The translations under genes and the position numbers were made by a program. Positions 8,001 through 11,202 of a stretch of DNA of 11,202 nucleotides are shown piece by piece; positions within the stretch are counted from its first letter, which is position 1; every line of letters begins with the position of its first letter. The DNA is from an uncultured Chloroflexia bacterium (GTDB lineage: Bacteria; Chloroflexota; Anaerolineae; B4-G1; SLSP01). Below the pieces are notes generated by a model. That model ran no database searches. It was not told the origin of the DNA and was given only the letters and a program-made list of their open reading frames with translations. The stretch is from assembly GCA_963751345.1 (NCBI GenBank), contig CAVVUS010000016.1, forward strand, positions 1 to 11,202, in the 5' to 3' direction.

Positions 8001-10191
8001 GGAGGCGCGCAACGGGCTCGATGGGCTCGTCAGCACCCTGGCGGATGCCGACGTAGCCGACTTCAGCGTCGAGATCGAGGGGACTCCCGCCACCATCGTG
8101 AGCGGTCTGGCGGTGGGCGACCAATTCTGGCTCAACGTCCTGCCACAGTCCGGGACCTACAGCGCCGGAAGCAAGTATGACCTGGCGGTGACCTGGGCCG
8201 GCTACGGCGAGGACAAGGAAACCAACGCCGTGCTCTTCACCGAGCGCGAGGTCACCGACCGTGCGGTCATCGTCGACGTGTCGGGCAGCATGGCCGACTA
8301 CGACAAGATGGGAGCGGCCCAGATTGCGGCACGGCTCTTCATCGACCAATCGCTGGTCGGCGACCGGATCGCGGTCTGCAAGTTCAGCACGACCGCCAGC
8401 ACCCCCTACCCCATTACCGAGGTCAGCGCCGACCCGACGACGCCGGAGCTGAACGCTGCCAAGACCCAGGTGGACGCGATGGTGCCCACCAACGCCACGG
8501 CGATCGGGCTGGGGTTGCTCCAAGGGCAGGCACAGGTGACCGCGGCGCCCGCGGACTTCAGCGTCCAGGATGTTTTGATCCTCCTGAGCGACGGGATGCA
8601 GAACGTCGCGCCACTGTATGACACGCCCACCGTGAAGGGCGCAATCGAGCCGACGGACACGATCATCCACACCGTCGCCGTCGGGCCGCCCAGCGCCGGG
8701 CACCACGACCTGCTCGACACCATCGCGACAGACAACGGCGGCACAGCGTACGTGGTTGACACGGCGAGCACAGTGCTCGTTGGAAGCACGCTCGCGAGCG
8801 CCCCGCTTGCGGACGTGACCCCGAGCGCCGTGACCTACGGTACAGGTCTCGACGCGTGGCCCTTGACGCTGCCTAACAGGCTCGGCGATGCCTACAAAGC
8901 CATCGCCGAGGAGATCCTGGGCGAGACCCGCCTCTTCGAAGCGACGGCGCTCGCCGACCCGGGGCTGGACGGCATCTACCAGGTGGTTGTGCCCGAGGGC
9001 ACCGACCGCGTGACGTTCGCGCTCAACTGGTCGCTGCCCAGCAACCCCATGCATATGACCCTCGAAGATCCCACCGGTGCCATCTACGAGGTGACCGCCG
9101 CCAAGCCCAACGAGTTCTGCCGCGGGGACGAGACCCACGAGACGTGCATCATCCCCAAGCCGGAGGCCGGGCAGTGGATCGCCACCATACACGCGATCGA
9201 GGCGGCTCAGACCAACGAGTATATGTTCTGGGCCAGTGCCCGCACGAGCGTGCACTTCGACCTCTACATCGGCACTCCGCTGGGCGAGCGGGCAACCGGC
9301 AACCCAATCCTGCTGTTGGGCTTCCTGCACCAGGGCGGTAAGCCGGTGGAGGGGAAGATGGCGGTGAATGTCTACCCCGTGACCGGGGCGCCTACCGGGC
9401 CGGTCGAGCTCTTCGATGACGGCCAGCACGGCGACGGGCTGAAGGGGGACGGCATCTACGGCGCCTGGTTCTTGGGCGGCGACCGTCCCGGCGCCTACGC
9501 CGCCCGCGGCACTGCGCGCGGCAACGACACGGCCGGGAAACCGTTCGAGCTCTTCGACAATGTGACCTTCGAGATCAAACCTCGCGTCCTCTACGTCTAT
9601 CAGGACGATCTGGCGACGGCCCGCGCTTACGAGCAACTGCTCGAGGCGCACAGCCTGGTGGTCGATCTGGCGGTGAAGCACGCGGTGCCGCTGATGAACC
9701 TGCGCCCGTACGGCTTGGTGATCATCGGGCCGGATACAGGCACCCTGGGTGTCTGGGAGCCCGCTGCCACCGTCAGCGCCATCATCCAGTCGGAGACCCC
9801 GGTGCTGGGGCTCGGCGAGGGAGGCTACGCCTACTTCGGCCAACTCAAGCTCAACATCGGCCATCCAAACGGCGCGCACTCGCAGGGCACGAGCATCCAA
9901 CCCAACCCGTTGACCGCGGCGGACACGATCTGGATGTATCCCTACGGCCCACTTGGCACCAAGGATCTGATGCAGCTCTATGCCAAGCCTAGCGGACGTG
10001 TGGACGTCTACGTCGGCGATGGGCCGCTCGGGCTGCAGGTGTTCGGCTACAAAGACGGGGACCGGAACTACGCCGATGTCGTGATGGAGTCGAACTGGTA
10101 CATGCTTTGGGGCTTCGACGACGGTCCCAAAGCCATGACCGAGCCGGGCCGCCAGTTGTTTGTCAACACGGCCTTCCGGACGTTGCGGTAA
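5012..10191 (+). CDS. Large secreted S8 (subtilisin, KP-43-like) serine peptidase with vWA and choice-of-anchor-X domains; ~1726 aa after correcting a -1 frameshift near 5120
   Basis: AAGGAGG RBS and ATG at 5012 encode a signal peptide (MNRRLGAMLHIPLLCLLLFSMLIPSPLVSPLQA) in a different frame from the long ORF. The long ORF has a prodomain (FVQLDHIP...WKIDPDL), HATHVAG, AACN, SKGPTFDGRIKPDVMAPG, GTSMAAP, a C-domain (TLAWDD...NDLDL...NNVEQV), vWA MIDAS DVSGS...TAIG...LLSDG and LFDDGQHGDGLKGDGIY. Confidence 0.88.
5152..5850 (+). repeat. N-terminal copy of a ~200-aa domain duplicated at both ends of the protease
   Basis: Collinear protein similarity with 9583-10188, e.g. PVAGLGGGGYALFGKLGLEIGAPNGA vs PVLGLGEGGYAYFGQLKLNIGHPNGA. 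Confidence 0.85.
9583..10188 (+). repeat. C-terminal copy of the duplicated ~200-aa domain
   Basis: YMLWGFDDGPKAMTEPGRQLFVN vs N-terminal YLLWGFDAAPAGMTGTGSRLFLN, and TARAYEQLLEA vs TAQAYETLLEA. Confidence 0.85.
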
Positions 10192-10240
10192 TAGGATGGG
10201 ACTTGGGGAGCACCCGGATCTAGACCGGGGGATCGAGAAG

Positions 10241-10274
10241 GACAGAGCGCGCGGACTGTGCCGCGCGCTCTGTC
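10241..10274. terminator. GC-rich hairpin between convergent genes; probable bidirectional terminator or transcript-stabilising stem
   Basis: Perfect 14-bp stem GACAGAGCGCGCGG-actgtg-CCGCGCGCTCTGTC. No clear U-tract on either side. Confidence 0.65.
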
Positions 10275-10292
10275 GATCCGCCGTAGAGGTCG

Positions 10293-11202
10293 CTAGCCTT
10301 GGGAAATCAGCGGCATGTACGTCTTCATGACGACATGGTAAGGGCGCATCATCTCGTGGTCCTCGTGCGAGAGAATGTGGCAGTGCCAGACATAACGACC
10401 AGGACGGTCGAATTTGGCCTTGACACGGGTCACCTCTCCGGGGAAGACGTGGATGGTGTCCTTGGGCCCCAGCTCGTTGTCGAGCGGAGCTCGCGCGTCT
10501 CCACCTAAGACGATGTCGCTCAAGCTGCGACCGATACCCATCGACCCATCGTGATGCGGCGTCGGGACGCTGGTCGTCGTTGCCGTAAAGGACTCCCGGT
10601 TGATCACCTCGAAACTGACGAGGTGGAGGTGAATGGGATGAGCATCCTCGGTGGCGTTGTAGATCTCCCAGATCTCCACGTCATTGAGGGTCGGAAACTC
10701 CGTGATCGGCTCGAACCAGGCGAGCGATCGATTGACGGTGTTGCCGGCGAAGTCCGTGGTCGGTACGGCGACACCCAGCAGGGGCTCGAGTCGACCCACG
10801 GGATCCCTACCCTCAAAGAGAGCGAGTTTTCTCGTGTTCGCCACGGTGCCGGCGACGGCATAGCCGCCATCGGTGCGCAACGTCGCGGTGTCGACAAAGG
10901 CGTCCGGCACGGTCGTGTCCAGCGGGAGATTGACATCGAAGGCCAAGATCAATCCGGTGGTGGCAGGATCTGAGGACGGCAACGTACCTCCCTCACCATC
11001 CTTATTCGTGCCGTTGTCGTAAAGCCCTCGGAAGGGCTCATCGGGACCGGTGTGTCCAGAATGATTCGCCCTGTCAGCGCCGTGAAATCGACGATCAAGT
11101 CCGCACGCTCTCCGGCCCCAAGATCAGCCTTGTGAGTGAGACCGGCTGTGTCAAGAGCCCGTCGTCGGTGCCGATCTGATAAAACGAAATCGGCGATCCC
11201 GT
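10293..11202 (-). CDS. Multicopper oxidase (CotA/bilirubin oxidase-like), 5'-partial, two apparent frameshifts near 11113 and 11053
   Basis: Cu ligands HPIHLH and YVWHCHILSHEDHEMMRPY, plus EIWEIYN and KDTIHVFPGEVTR. Upstream frames give FYQIGTDDGLL...LILGP/GERADLIVDF and IILD/NTGPDEPF. Ends in TYMPLISQG. Confidence 0.9.

Noticed and set aside
5341-9900. Long minus-strand ORFs (524 aa and 655 aa)
   Set aside because: Antisense shadows of the protease, arising from GC3 codon bias, with no recognisable motifs.

Overview
GC-rich bacterial window, probably Chloroflexota (Anaerolineae-like). This is inferred from Y[LM]PL motifs on the exported proteins. The minus strand carries a TauE/SafE (TSUP) transporter and an FmdE-family Zn-finger protein, which form a small operon with a near-consensus sigma70 promoter, a palindromic operator and a terminator. 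It also carries an APH/EcKinase-like phosphotransferase and a secreted beta-helix/choice-of-anchor-Q protein. On the plus strand, divergently, lies a ~1,730-aa secreted KP-43-like S8 subtilase. It has vWA and CLCA-like (choice-of-anchor-X) domains, Glu at the catalytic Asp position, and two copies of a ~200-aa domain at its ends. Converging on it is the 3' part of a CotA/bilirubin-oxidase-like multicopper oxidase. Three unrelated adjacent proteins share a short Y[LM]PL motif, which is C-terminal in two and a 29-aa loop insertion in the third. This is the best candidate for an under-described surface-sorting/assembly system. Three apparent single-base deletions (one in the protease, two in the oxidase) are most likely sequencing errors.
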